This document shows, in pieces, positions 47,623 to 57,007 of a DNA stretch of 64,000 nt. Source of the DNA: Bacillota bacterium (lineage in GTDB: Bacteria > Bacillota > JAAYKD01); NCBI GenBank assembly GCA_963666425.2, contig OY762825.2:1184001-1248000 (forward strand). Reading direction: 5' to 3'. Positions within the stretch are counted from its first letter, which is position 1. Each line of letters opens with the position of its first letter. Below the pieces are notes generated by a model. The model had not been told where the DNA came from. It saw only the letters and a program-made list of their open reading frames with translations, and did no database searches. The position numbers and the translations under genes were made by a program.

Positions 47623-48462
47623 TTACAATGGTTTTGCCGCGATCACGCAGAGCGTTCGACTGCTGCCTGTAAAAACAGCGCCAGCCACGTCATCATAGAA
47701 ACGAAAAGCGACAAAGCCATTTTCATACAGCTCCGCACCAAGGGTATCCCGATCGAACAAACAATCCCAAACATGATAGAGTCGGCTGTCAGCGGCTGTA
47801 ATCACCAAATATTGCGTCAGATAAGCATGGAGCGCTTTATAAGCAAATTCACGCTGGAGCAAAACATAGGGTTCATCCCGCCAGAAGCCTTTGTCTGCAT
47901 AGGATACCTGCGTGCTTTCCTGGAATCCTTCCTTCTGCAATTCTGTAAAGACATCAAGCACGAATAGACCGCCCGGTTTCAAAGCCCGCCAAACCTCGCG
48001 GCAGACCAAGGCGCGATCTGTTGGATTTAAAGCCGCATAATCACAGTAGATCAGGCTGACCAGATCGAATTGATTCTCAAATGGCAGCTGCCGATAATCA
48101 CAGCAAAGATAATCAATCTTCCTGCCGGCAGCGGCAGCGGATTTTTTTGCATAGGCAATGGAACCTTCTGAAAAATCAACAGCGGTAACCACAAAACCCA
48201 GATCATCAAATAATTCGGCATATAAACCGGGTCCGCAGCCAAGATCGAGCAGCTGCTTGCCTGCCGCCTCGCCGACAATTGTGGCAATCCATTGCGCAGA
48301 CCGACGCATAAACATGAGATTCCTGGAGGCCGCGTCGACCGCCGGCGCCAGATGTGCCTGCAGCATTTGCTGATGCAGATAAGGTTCCGTCCAAATGTTC
48401 CCTTCTGCGGGGGTATAGGGCAGCGGTTTTTCTTTTAAACTGGCCAGTATGGCTTCATACAT
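47623..48462 (-). CDS. Class I SAM-dependent methyltransferase
   Basis: LLDLGCGPGLY, VDFS, FDLV, LKPGG. Confidence 0.9.
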   Translation of the reverse strand: MYEAILASLKEKPLPYTPAEGNIWTEPYLHQQMLQAHLAPAVDAASRNLMFMRRSAQWIATIVGEAAGKQLLDLGCGPGLYAELFDDLGFVVTAVDFSEGSIAYAKKSAAAAGRKIDYLCCDYRQLPFENQFDLVSLIYCDYAALNPTDRALVCREVWRALKPGGLFVLDVFTELQKEGFQESTQVSYADKGFWRDEPYVLLQREFAYKALHAYLTQYLVITAADSRLYHVWDCLFDRDTLGAELYENGFVAFRFYDDVAGAVFTGSSRTLCVIAAKPL

Positions 48463-48961
48463 TAAGCGTTACCTCGTCATCGCTGCCTTGTCTTGGCATC
48501 GCGTCAGCCCAGAGTTTGACCAAGGCGATCGGATGCTGAATGGCGGCGGCTGTTTTTTCGATGGTATAACCTTCCCCCAGATAACGCTGGGCAATCACCA
48601 TCATGGATTCACCGATTTCGATCATATGAAAATCGGGGTCATAGATGCGCACCACGCGTTGCTGCCAGGGATACTTCTTTTCCGGATGCACAAAAACAAT
48701 TTCATCGTCTGATTTTAAACGCCGCAGAAAGGCATCGAAATCGGCTACTTCAAAATAGAGCTCCATATTATGACTTTTCTGAATGACAGAGTTAGCCGGG
48801 ATATTGGTCAATTCGGCGAAATCCTGCTGAATGCCAAAACCACCGCTGAAAGTCACATTTTTACCTAAATCTAGTACCACTTTCTGCTCAAACAATTCGC
48901 CGTAAAATTTCTTGGATACTTCCACATCCCGGACAGCCAGTAAAGCGATTTTAAATTCCAT
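48455..48961 (-). CDS. VOC/glyoxalase/bleomycin-resistance family protein
   Basis: LAVRDVEVSKKFY, ELYFE, PWQQRVVRIYDPDFHMIEIGE. Confidence 0.88.
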   Translation of the reverse strand: MEFKIALLAVRDVEVSKKFYGELFEQKVVLDLGKNVTFSGGFGIQQDFAELTNIPANSVIQKSHNMELYFEVADFDAFLRRLKSDDEIVFVHPEKKYPWQQRVVRIYDPDFHMIEIGESMMVIAQRYLGEGYTIEKTAAAIQHPIALVKLWADAMPRQGSDDEVTLNV

Positions 48962-49027
48962 GTCGTTTCTCCTTTTTCGCTTGTCCAAACTAATTTCAAG
49001 GACAATGGTATGTTCTTTCTCCCGCTA

Positions 49028-49648
49028 TCAAACCTTCGCTGCATTCCTCCAGCAATCATAGAAAACAATTTCTTCGAGTGCTTTGGTCTGTTTTGCTTTG
49101 GGTGGTTCATCCGCATAACCAACCGGCAGCAGGAACAAACAGCTGATCGTATCCGGCAGCCCTAAGATGCGATTCGCCGCTTCCACATCCAGATAACCAA
49201 TAAAACAGGCAGATAAACCATTTGCCACCGCCGTCAGGAAAATATGCTCGGCCGGTATCAGCGGGGTGGCGTTTTGAAACAGCGTCGTGCGGGCTTTGCG
49301 ATCAGGATAAGTGCAGAGATATTTCAGGAAGTCCTGATTGAAGCGAAGTTGATTGACCTGCCAGGCAAAATCGTCTTCCGGTTGCTCCGCCAGATCCCAA
49401 CTTAAATCGGCGCAGCAGGCGAATACCAGCGGCGCAGTGCCAATCCAGGTTTGCTCTCCTGCCGCCTGGGCCAGTTTTACTTTTGTTTCCGGATCCTGAA
49501 TGACTCCAAACCAATAAGACTGACTGTTGCCGCCGGAAGGCGACAACCTTGCCGCTTCCAGCATCTCCGCCAGTACTTCTTTTGGCACCGGCTTATCTTG
49601 AAACTTCCGCGCCGATCTGCGCGTCTCGATTACTTGTTTTAGTTCCAT
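49028..49648 (-). CDS. Nitroreductase-family flavoprotein
   Basis: RRSARKF, ARLSPSGGNSQ, GLSACFIG, LPVGYA. Confidence 0.9.
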   Translation of the reverse strand: MELKQVIETRRSARKFQDKPVPKEVLAEMLEAARLSPSGGNSQSYWFGVIQDPETKVKLAQAAGEQTWIGTAPLVFACCADLSWDLAEQPEDDFAWQVNQLRFNQDFLKYLCTYPDRKARTTLFQNATPLIPAEHIFLTAVANGLSACFIGYLDVEAANRILGLPDTISCLFLLPVGYADEPPKAKQTKALEEIVFYDCWRNAAKV

Positions 49649-49741
49649 TTTAACACAATCCTTTCCTTTATTACAAGATCTTCATTTTTTATGATTTTCT
49701 TTCAATGCGCAGTGCGATTTTTCTCCCTGGGGTGACAGCAT

Positions 49742-49773
49742 AAAAAAAAGCCATGGGAAACTTCCCACAGCTT
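49742..49773 (-). terminator. Attenuator terminator in the 5' leader of the nitroreductase operon
   Basis: AAGCTGTGGGA-AGTT-TCCCATGGCTT followed by a U-run; competing sequence TTTCCACAG at 49802-49794. Confidence 0.75.
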
Positions 49774-49808
49774 GCGTTTTTAATCAAGATTACCTGTGGA
49801 AAGCAAAA

Positions 49809-49886
49809 TCAAAACCAAACCAGGCAGAAGAAAACCAGACCATTTCGTGCAACAGTCGATGTTCTTTCTGTAGTTATGATTTTCAT
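49809..49886 (-). CDS. Putative leader peptide MKIITTERTSTVARNGLVFFCLVWF; an in-frame upstream ATG lies at 49910
   Basis: Short ORF between the promoter and the attenuator, ending just upstream of the antiterminator arm. Confidence 0.45.
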   Translation of the reverse strand: MKIITTERTSTVARNGLVFFCLVWF

Positions 49887-49981
49887 TCTCTGTTCCACGT
49901 TCGCACCCATATTACCGATTCTGTAATATCAAGTGTGCCGGATTGCCATCACTCCTCGATGCTTTATGCTATCACATGCCC

Positions 49982-50010
49982 AAGATAGCATGAAAAAATC
50001 AGATTGTCAA
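49982..50010 (-). promoter_or_regulatory. sigma-A promoter of the attenuated leader
   Basis: TTGACA-N17-TATCTT with extended -10 TG. Confidence 0.7.
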
Positions 50011-50026
50011 CGGTGAATTTGAACTT

Positions 50027-51211
50027 TCATTTTTTTAAAGCACGAAGCAATTCTTGCAGCACTTCGGTGCAATCCGCGATCAGGCCATAATGGCTGATTG
50101 CAAAAATCGGCGCCTGCGGATCGTTGTTCACGGCAATGATGCATTCGCTGCGGCTGATCCCCGCCAAGTGCTGAATCGCGCCGGAAACACCAAAACTCAG
50201 CATCAGCTTTGGCGCCACGGTGAAACCCGTTTGCCCTACCTGATGCGCATACTCCGCCCAACCCGCATCAACCAGCGGGCGGGAAACACCGACCGCTGCA
50301 CCCAGCAGCTCTGCCAGTTCGTAGATCAATTTCATGTTTTTCGCATTACCGATCCCGCGTCCGGCTACCACCATGATTTCCGCTTCGGCAATGGAAGCAG
50401 CGGCTGCGGCCGGTTCCGTTTGCAGCAGCTGCAGCGTTTGCGGCAAAGCTTGGGGGGCGGAACAGACAATTACTTCTCCCGAACGCTGAAAATCCAAACA
50501 CGGCAATGCCAGAATACCGGGACGCACCGTTGCCATCTGCGGTCTATGGTTCGGACAGATAATCGTCGCCAGTAAATTGCCGCCAAAGGCTGGTCTGGTT
50601 TGCTGCAGAAGGCCGCTGACCGGGTCGATTTCCAAGACGGTGCAGTCGGCCGTTAAGCCGGTGCGTTGCCTGGCTGCGACGCGGGGAGCCACCGAACGTC
50701 CAAAATCTGTTGCCCCAAAAAGGACCACTTCCGGCCGATATTCTCTTATCAAATCACATATCATCGTATAGAAAGCAGGTTCCAGTTGTTCGGCGAACCG
50801 CTGATCCTGGCAAAGATAAACCAGATCGGCGCCTGCTGCGATCAATTGCCTGGCCTGGCTTGCCATTTCGTCCTGCCCCAACAGAACAGCACCCAAACGG
50901 CAGCCGCGCAGTTTGGCAAGCTCGCTGGCTTTGCCCAACAATTCAAAACTGACCGGCAGCAATTCGCCTGACTGGCTGCGCTCGCAGACCACCCAGATAT
51001 CTTGATATGCCGTTAAATCAAATACCAGACTTTCTTCTTTTACGATGCTGAGCGCGTTTTTGGGACAGCTCTGCAGACAGATACCGCACAAAGTACAACC
51101 TTCTCCTAACACTGCTTTGCGATTCTGCAGCGTCAGCGCCGCGGCGGCGCAGCTCTTGCAGCATAAGCCGCAGCCAATACAGAGATCCCGATCAATCCTC
51201 AATCCAGTCAT
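50027..51211 (-). CDS. etfA: Electron transfer flavoprotein alpha subunit with an N-terminal 2x[4Fe-4S] ferredoxin domain
   Basis: CIGCGLCCKSC / CTLCGICLQSCP; GLTADCT, RPAFGGN, QVGQTG, GVSGAIQH. Confidence 0.93.
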   Translation of the reverse strand: MTGLRIDRDLCIGCGLCCKSCAAAALTLQNRKAVLGEGCTLCGICLQSCPKNALSIVKEESLVFDLTAYQDIWVVCERSQSGELLPVSFELLGKASELAKLRGCRLGAVLLGQDEMASQARQLIAAGADLVYLCQDQRFAEQLEPAFYTMICDLIREYRPEVVLFGATDFGRSVAPRVAARQRTGLTADCTVLEIDPVSGLLQQTRPAFGGNLLATIICPNHRPQMATVRPGILALPCLDFQRSGEVIVCSAPQALPQTLQLLQTEPAAAAASIAEAEIMVVAGRGIGNAKNMKLIYELAELLGAAVGVSRPLVDAGWAEYAHQVGQTGFTVAPKLMLSFGVSGAIQHLAGISRSECIIAVNNDPQAPIFAISHYGLIADCTEVLQELLRALKK

Positions 51212-51994
51212 CTATTTCAGTTCCTCCCTGATCCGCGCAGCCAAAGCCTGCACCTGTTCTGTGAAGTCGCCCGCAAAGAAGACGCACGCATTGTCTCGCT
51301 GCGGTACACCGGTGCGCACCACCTGAGTGGGTGAGCCGTTTAAGCCGCAGCGGCTGACATCTGCCTGCAAAGCCGCCGCATCCAGCGATTGGAACGGAGC
51401 GGTTTCACCAAATTCCACTCCACTGATATTGGGTAGCCGCGGTTGATTGATATCCTTAGCAATGGTCAGCAAAGCCGGCAGCCTGATCTGCAGCAATTGA
51501 CGCTGACCGTCCAGGCTGCGGCGCACCGTCATTTCCTGCGGTTTGATCTCGATGATTTTCTCCACATTGGTCAGGTGTGGAATCCCCAGGTGTTCCGCCA
51601 ATTCCGGTCCGATCTGTGCCGTATCGCCATCGATGGCCATGCGTCCGCAGAGGATCAAATCAAAATCGCCCAATTGTCGGACGCCCAGACTCAAAGCATA
51701 AGAAGTGGCCAAGGTATCGGCACCGGCAAAAGCACGGTCGGATAAGAGCAAGGCCCGATCGGCACCGCGGCTCATTGCATCCCGCAGCAAGCGTTCCGTT
51801 GCCGGAATGCCCATGCTGATCACGCTGATTTCACCGCCCAGCTGTTCTTTGATCTCAATAGCTTGTTCCAGCGCATAAGCATCGAAGGGATTGATTACCG
51901 ATTGATTGCCGTCGCGCAGAATTGTTTTCGTGACCGGATCGAGCCGCACTTCATTGGAAGAAGGTACTTGTTTGATACAAACGACGATTTTCAT
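51212..51994 (-). CDS. etfB: Electron transfer flavoprotein beta subunit
   Basis: VCIKQVP, FAGADTLAT, AIDGDTAQIGP, GSPTQV. Confidence 0.93.
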   Translation of the reverse strand: MKIVVCIKQVPSSNEVRLDPVTKTILRDGNQSVINPFDAYALEQAIEIKEQLGGEISVISMGIPATERLLRDAMSRGADRALLLSDRAFAGADTLATSYALSLGVRQLGDFDLILCGRMAIDGDTAQIGPELAEHLGIPHLTNVEKIIEIKPQEMTVRRSLDGQRQLLQIRLPALLTIAKDINQPRLPNISGVEFGETAPFQSLDAAALQADVSRCGLNGSPTQVVRTGVPQRDNACVFFAGDFTEQVQALAARIREELK

Positions 51995-53574
51995 ACCCTT
52001 TTACCTCCTTCTGCCTCGAATAAATTACCATTGCCCAATAAATTCTTAGGGTCAAAGATTTTTTTCAGGGCTGCCATCTCGGCAATATGCTCTGCTCCGT
52101 ACATGGTCAGCAGCATCCTGATTTTTAGTTTGCCTACCCCATGTTCCGCCGCTATCGCGCCGCCCATTTGGCAAACTTCGGCTGCCCATTGCTGATACAA
52201 GGCTTTGCCTTTTAGAAAATCCGCTTCATTGCGAGGCAAGATATTCACATGCAGGTGATTGTTGCCGATGTGACCCCAAACCGCCGACTGCAGCTGATTT
52301 TCCTGTAACCCCTGGCGATAAAGCGCCACCACCGCAGCCAATTGACCATCAGGCACCGACATATCCGTGCCTAACTTGGTGATCATCGGATAATTTTGTT
52401 TGCGGCGGTCGATCAGCATATTGGCGCTTTCCGGAACGGCATGACGGAAGAACTGTAATTGGGTCAGATCCGCTTCCGTTCTGGCAACCCAGGTATCCGC
52501 TTTATTGCCGCCAGATTGCTGCAGGACTGTTCCGATCTGGTGCAGCTGCGCGAAAGCTTCGTCTGCATCCTGACAATGCAATTCCGTGTAAATGCAGTAG
52601 CGATAAGATTCCGGCAGATCCGGCAGGCGGGCGAAGGCGCTGCTCTGGCGCTTTTGTTGCCGCAGCAACTCCAGCGCATCCGCGTCAAAAGCTTCCATGG
52701 CCGCCAGATGCTGCACTTGGCTGCGCAGCCGGATCGTAAATTGAACCGCCAAATCTTCATGCGCAAAAAAACAGCTGACACCCCAAATCAGTTTGGGATG
52801 TTCCATCAGCGCCAGCTCAATTGCCGTGATCACACCTAAAGTTCCGTCTGAACCGATCAGGAGATCGATCGCGTCCATATTATCTTCAATATAATAACCG
52901 GAGGCGCTCTTGGTTGGCGGCATCCGGTAAGTGGGCAGATTCAGTTCCAGAGTCTCCTGATTCGTCAGCGGCAGGGATAAACGACGTCCCCTGGCAAACA
53001 CTTCGCCGCGGCGCAAGGCGATCATGCGGCCGTCGCTCAGCAGCATGCGGATTGCGCTGATGTGATGACGGATCGGACCGTAGAGGAAAGTTCGGGCACC
53101 GGAGGCATTGCAGGCTGTCATACCACCAATCGTAGCCGATGCTTCGGTTGGATCCGGCGCAAAGAATTGCCGCGGAGCTTGGCAAAAGGCTTCATACGCC
53201 TGCGTGGCCGCCGCATCCCAGCCGGAGCTGGCAAATTGCTTTTTATCGATCATTTTTTTGAATTCCGATAAAACCAAACCCGGTTGGACGGTAAAATAAA
53301 ACCGACCCGATTCATCCCGGCGGCAGCCAACCACCTGATTCATCCGACTCAGATTCATCACATGTCCCTGCAAAGGGACAGCAGCGGCAGCCAGACCCGT
53401 ACGGGCTCCCTGGATGGTCAGCGGTGTTGCGTTTTGATTCAGATCCGCTAAAATAGAGATGATTTCCGCTTCACTGACCGGAAAAGAAATACTGTCCGCC
53501 TGACCAACCGTCCGCGATTCATCCCGCAGATATTCTGCATATTGTTCATTCAGGGGTTTCATTAAGCTGTTCAA
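51991..53574 (-). CDS. FAD-linked oxidoreductase, GlcD/D-lactate dehydrogenase family
   Basis: PDPT..ATIGG...NASG, IGSDGTLGVIT, WGHIGNNHLH, AEHGVGK, FDPKNLL. Confidence 0.88.
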   Translation of the reverse strand: MNSLMKPLNEQYAEYLRDESRTVGQADSISFPVSEAEIISILADLNQNATPLTIQGARTGLAAAAVPLQGHVMNLSRMNQVVGCRRDESGRFYFTVQPGLVLSEFKKMIDKKQFASSGWDAAATQAYEAFCQAPRQFFAPDPTEASATIGGMTACNASGARTFLYGPIRHHISAIRMLLSDGRMIALRRGEVFARGRRLSLPLTNQETLELNLPTYRMPPTKSASGYYIEDNMDAIDLLIGSDGTLGVITAIELALMEHPKLIWGVSCFFAHEDLAVQFTIRLRSQVQHLAAMEAFDADALELLRQQKRQSSAFARLPDLPESYRYCIYTELHCQDADEAFAQLHQIGTVLQQSGGNKADTWVARTEADLTQLQFFRHAVPESANMLIDRRKQNYPMITKLGTDMSVPDGQLAAVVALYRQGLQENQLQSAVWGHIGNNHLHVNILPRNEADFLKGKALYQQWAAEVCQMGGAIAAEHGVGKLKIRMLLTMYGAEHIAEMAALKKIFDPKNLLGNGNLFEAEGGKRV

Positions 53575-53687
53575 GAAAAGAACCTCCCAGTCTAAATTGT
53601 GATAGATGAAGATCAGGCCGGAATCGAATCTATCCCGGCCTGATATATTAAAAATTTACCTTATTTTTCAGGACAGGGCACAAAAAA

Positions 53688-55310
53688 CTACGGTGCTTTG
53701 TAAACTACTTTCCCGTCGATCACGGTCAGCAGGACTTTTAAGTCAGCAATTTTCTCCGGAGCAATCTGCAAAATATCATCACTCAAAACCGCAAAGTCTG
53801 CCAATTTACCGGGTTCCAGGCTGCCTATTTTCTGCTCCAAGCCCAAATAATAAGCGCCGTTCTTGATGAACAATTCCAGCATTTCCATCACGCCGATACA
53901 TTCTTCGCTGCCCAACTGCACCCCGCGGGAGGTGCGCCGTGTCACTGCTGCCCGCATGCCCAGAAACGGATTATAATGGGCGGACGTCATATCGGAGTTG
54001 GCGAAAACGCGAATGCCATTATCCAGATAGGTACGCAGCGGGATAAAGCGATTGACCCGTTCTGCTTCTAAATTATGGAAATAAATATCTCCTTCTACAT
54101 AGATAAAGCCGGGCTGCACGGAAACGCCGATGTCACGACGCCGCATAATTTCCAAAGCTTCTTCCGTCGGCAGATAGCCATGAATGATATGGTGCCGACG
54201 AGCCTGTGGCGCGCTGTCCTCGGCCATAATGTGATCAAAGCTGCGGCAGGAAATATCCTGGGCCAAATCGCCGCAGCAATGAATGCCAATCGACCAACCT
54301 GCCCGGTGACCGATGCGGAAATATTCCTCTAAACGGCTGATATCCAGACGCAGCGGAATTTTCGTCTCGCTGCCGTCGATCCAAGGCTCGTTCATCATGG
54401 CTGTCTTGGAACCGACACCGCCGTCGATCGCCATTTTTAAGGCAGCCAGGCGCAGATGATCATCGCCAAATCCCTCAAATACGCCAAGGGTCGGCACCAA
54501 ATTCTGCAAATCTTTACCTTGTGTGGCATAGAGTCCATACCAGGCCGGCATCATGGCGACACGCTGCGGCAATTTGCCGGCATTGCGCATTTTCTGATAG
54601 GCCTTCATTTCCTCCGGACCGACACCCGGATCCATCAAGGAGGTAATACCGTATTTCAGGTACTCTTGGCTGGCCCGCTCGATGGCGGCCATGATTTCAG
54701 CCTGCTTATCGGCAGTCCCGGCATTGCGGGGAATGCAGGCCCGCACCGCGTTTTGCGCACCATTGATCAGATAACCGTTCGGTTCACCATCTTCCCGACA
54801 GACAATGGTTCCTCTCTCGGGTTGGGGGCTGCCTTTTGCAATTCCCGCCGCTTTAAGAGCCAGAGAATTGGCGAGACTGCCGGCAAAAAGGCGATGCAGC
54901 AGGACCGGATGATGCGGAGCCGCCTGATCCAATTCCCAACGGGTGGGCGGCCGATCTTCCTCAAACTGCGATTCAATCCAACCGGCGCCTTCGATCCAGC
55001 TGCCGGCAGGCAAGCTCGCCGCTTTGGCGGCGACCAATGCCAGCAGATCGGCAATCGTTTTGCAATCGAACAACAAAACACCGGCCATGCTGATGCCGGC
55101 TTCCACGATATGGTTATGGGAATCGACAATACCGGGAATAACCGTTTGGCCCTGCAAATCGATGATTTCCACGGAACCGCCCAGATTCTCCAATAATTCC
55201 TGATTGCTGCCGGTCATGCTGATCGTATTGCCGTTGATCAGCATTGCCTGCACGATTTCCCGTTTCTCATTCAGGGTAATGATATTACCGTTATAATATA
55301 GTTTCATCAT
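53688..55310 (-). CDS. YtcJ-like amidohydrolase (Amidohydro_3)
   Basis: PGIVDSHNH, KMAIDG, IHCCGD, IIH, NSD, GSLEPGKLADF. Confidence 0.9.
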   Translation of the reverse strand: MMKLYYNGNIITLNEKREIVQAMLINGNTISMTGSNQELLENLGGSVEIIDLQGQTVIPGIVDSHNHIVEAGISMAGVLLFDCKTIADLLALVAAKAASLPAGSWIEGAGWIESQFEEDRPPTRWELDQAAPHHPVLLHRLFAGSLANSLALKAAGIAKGSPQPERGTIVCREDGEPNGYLINGAQNAVRACIPRNAGTADKQAEIMAAIERASQEYLKYGITSLMDPGVGPEEMKAYQKMRNAGKLPQRVAMMPAWYGLYATQGKDLQNLVPTLGVFEGFGDDHLRLAALKMAIDGGVGSKTAMMNEPWIDGSETKIPLRLDISRLEEYFRIGHRAGWSIGIHCCGDLAQDISCRSFDHIMAEDSAPQARRHHIIHGYLPTEEALEIMRRRDIGVSVQPGFIYVEGDIYFHNLEAERVNRFIPLRTYLDNGIRVFANSDMTSAHYNPFLGMRAAVTRRTSRGVQLGSEECIGVMEMLELFIKNGAYYLGLEQKIGSLEPGKLADFAVLSDDILQIAPEKIADLKVLLTVIDGKVVYKAP

Positions 55311-55328
55311 TCAGCCTCTCCTCCGCTT

Positions 55329-56168
55329 TCATTTTTTGATGGAACTCTCATCGACTTTTTTCTCGTTCAATATGTTTTCCTGCAGCTTGATTTGAAGCCT
55401 CTCACACTGCGCCCGCACATTCGGTGTCAGGCGGGCAGCCAGATAATCGGCAAATTGCAGATAGAGCAAGAGCCCTGTCTCCACGCGCTGCAGCAAAGGA
55501 AAACCATCGGCCAGGCCAAAGGCCAGCCCCATCATCTCCACCAAGTCTTTCCCTTTGGTTTCTGCCGAATAAGCCAGACACAGTTGCTCGTAAAAATCAT
55601 TCTCACTTTGCAGTAAGACTCCTTTGGCTACCAGCATTAATTTAACCAGACCATAAGTCAAGCCGTAGAGGCCAAGCAGCATTTTGCCATTCTGTTTATC
55701 CTGCACACCTGACATTGCCTTATAGCATTCTTCCTGCCAGCCCAACATTTCACGATTCAGGTAAACATCGGCTTTTTGCTGCATGGCTTCGTCCCAAACA
55801 AAAGCATACGCATCCTGCTGCAGCCGCCGTAAGATTCCTCTTGGATCATATAGAATCTGCATTTGTTGTAAACCAATGATATCATAGACCGCTCGCACCG
55901 GATCAGCAAAGCAGAGACGCAAATTTTTCTCAGCACAGCGATGAATCACCCGATAGACACCGTGATATAAATCGATTTGCGGATCCAGCATCGCTGTGGC
56001 TTGCTCTTGTACCAGACAGATCACGTCCAAATCACTGTATGGTGTAGCGTTTCCCCTGGCATAACTGCCCATTACAGCAATCCCCTCAATCTCAGCGCAG
56101 ATTAAATCGGGCGTCAGGGCATCGATCAGTTCATGGGATAACAAACGGCTCACCTGCCTTTCCTGCAT
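55329..56168 (-). CDS. Nucleotidyltransferase-domain protein (Pol-beta superfamily)
   Basis: GSYARG..PYSDLD motif plus a helical C-terminal domain. Confidence 0.8.
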   Translation of the reverse strand: MQERQVSRLLSHELIDALTPDLICAEIEGIAVMGSYARGNATPYSDLDVICLVQEQATAMLDPQIDLYHGVYRVIHRCAEKNLRLCFADPVRAVYDIIGLQQMQILYDPRGILRRLQQDAYAFVWDEAMQQKADVYLNREMLGWQEECYKAMSGVQDKQNGKMLLGLYGLTYGLVKLMLVAKGVLLQSENDFYEQLCLAYSAETKGKDLVEMMGLAFGLADGFPLLQRVETGLLLYLQFADYLAARLTPNVRAQCERLQIKLQENILNEKKVDESSIKK

Positions 56169-56188
56169 TCATCTTTGGCTGCTATTCC

Positions 56189-56214
56189 ATTCTATTTCCG
56201 CTGATCGTATTCCT
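56189..56214 (-). promoter_or_regulatory. sigma-H-like promoter of the nucleotidyltransferase/amidohydrolase unit
   Basis: GCAGGA-N18-GAAT. Confidence 0.55.
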
Positions 56215-56282
56215 GCCTTACTGCTGCCGCTGTAAAAAACGCTGTGCTTTTGAAAAAAATACTCTGTTCTGGATGGATACCT

Positions 56283-56313
56283 TTAAGACTTATTCAAGCT
56301 TTTATTGTATAAT
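56283..56313 (+). promoter_or_regulatory. OmpR-type direct repeat and -10 box upstream of the two-component system
   Basis: TTAAG-N6-TCAAG (11-bp period) then TATAAT at 56308-56313. Confidence 0.45.
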
Positions 56314-56332
56314 CAATAGAGAGGTGATGCAA

Positions 56333-57007
56333 ATGAGAATATTAATTGTGGAAGATGAAGTGCATTTGGTTTCTGCGCTCTCTGAAATTATCAGTAAAAA
56401 AAATTATATTGTCGACAGCGTAACGAATGGACAGGATGGCTTAGACTACGCGTTAAGCGGCGTCTATGATGTCATTTTGTTGGATATTATGCTGCCTAAA
56501 CTGGACGGTTTGAGCCTGCTCAAGCGCCTGCGCACAGCTAAAATTCTCACACCGGTTTTGTTGCTGACCGCCAAGGATCAGATTGCCGATAAAGTCAAAG
56601 GTCTGGATACCGGGGCGGATGATTACCTGACCAAACCCTTCTCCAGTGAAGAATTATTGGCGCGCATTCGGGCGCTGACCCGACGGAAAGGCGAAATTGC
56701 TGACGATTGCTTAAAATTCGCCGATCTGACCCTGAATACAAAAACCTGCCAATTGTGCGGCAGCAGCAACATGATTTCCTTGGGCTTGAAGGAGTATCAG
56801 CTGATGGAACTGCTGCTGATCAACAAAGCACAGATTCTGACCAAAGAAACGATCATCGAGAAAATCTGGGGGTTCGACGGTGATGCGGATTACAACAATG
56901 TAGAAGTCTACATCTCCTTTCTGCGCAAGAAATTGACCTATATCGGCACGGCGGTGCAGATTAAGACGATTCGGGGCATTGGCTATCGATTGGAGGCAGC
57001 GCTATGA
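56333..57007 (+). CDS. OmpR-family response regulator
   Basis: VEDE, LDIMLP, LLTAK, GADDYLTKPF, TIRGIGY. Confidence 0.95.
   Translation: MRILIVEDEVHLVSALSEIISKKNYIVDSVTNGQDGLDYALSGVYDVILLDIMLPKLDGLSLLKRLRTAKILTPVLLLTAKDQIADKVKGLDTGADDYLTKPFSSEELLARIRALTRRKGEIADDCLKFADLTLNTKTCQLCGSSNMISLGLKEYQLMELLLINKAQILTKETIIEKIWGFDGDADYNNVEVYISFLRKKLTYIGTAVQIKTIRGIGYRLEAAL

Noticed and set aside
54456-55196. 246-aa antisense ORF within the YtcJ-like gene
   Set aside because: Codon-bias shadow with no independent signals
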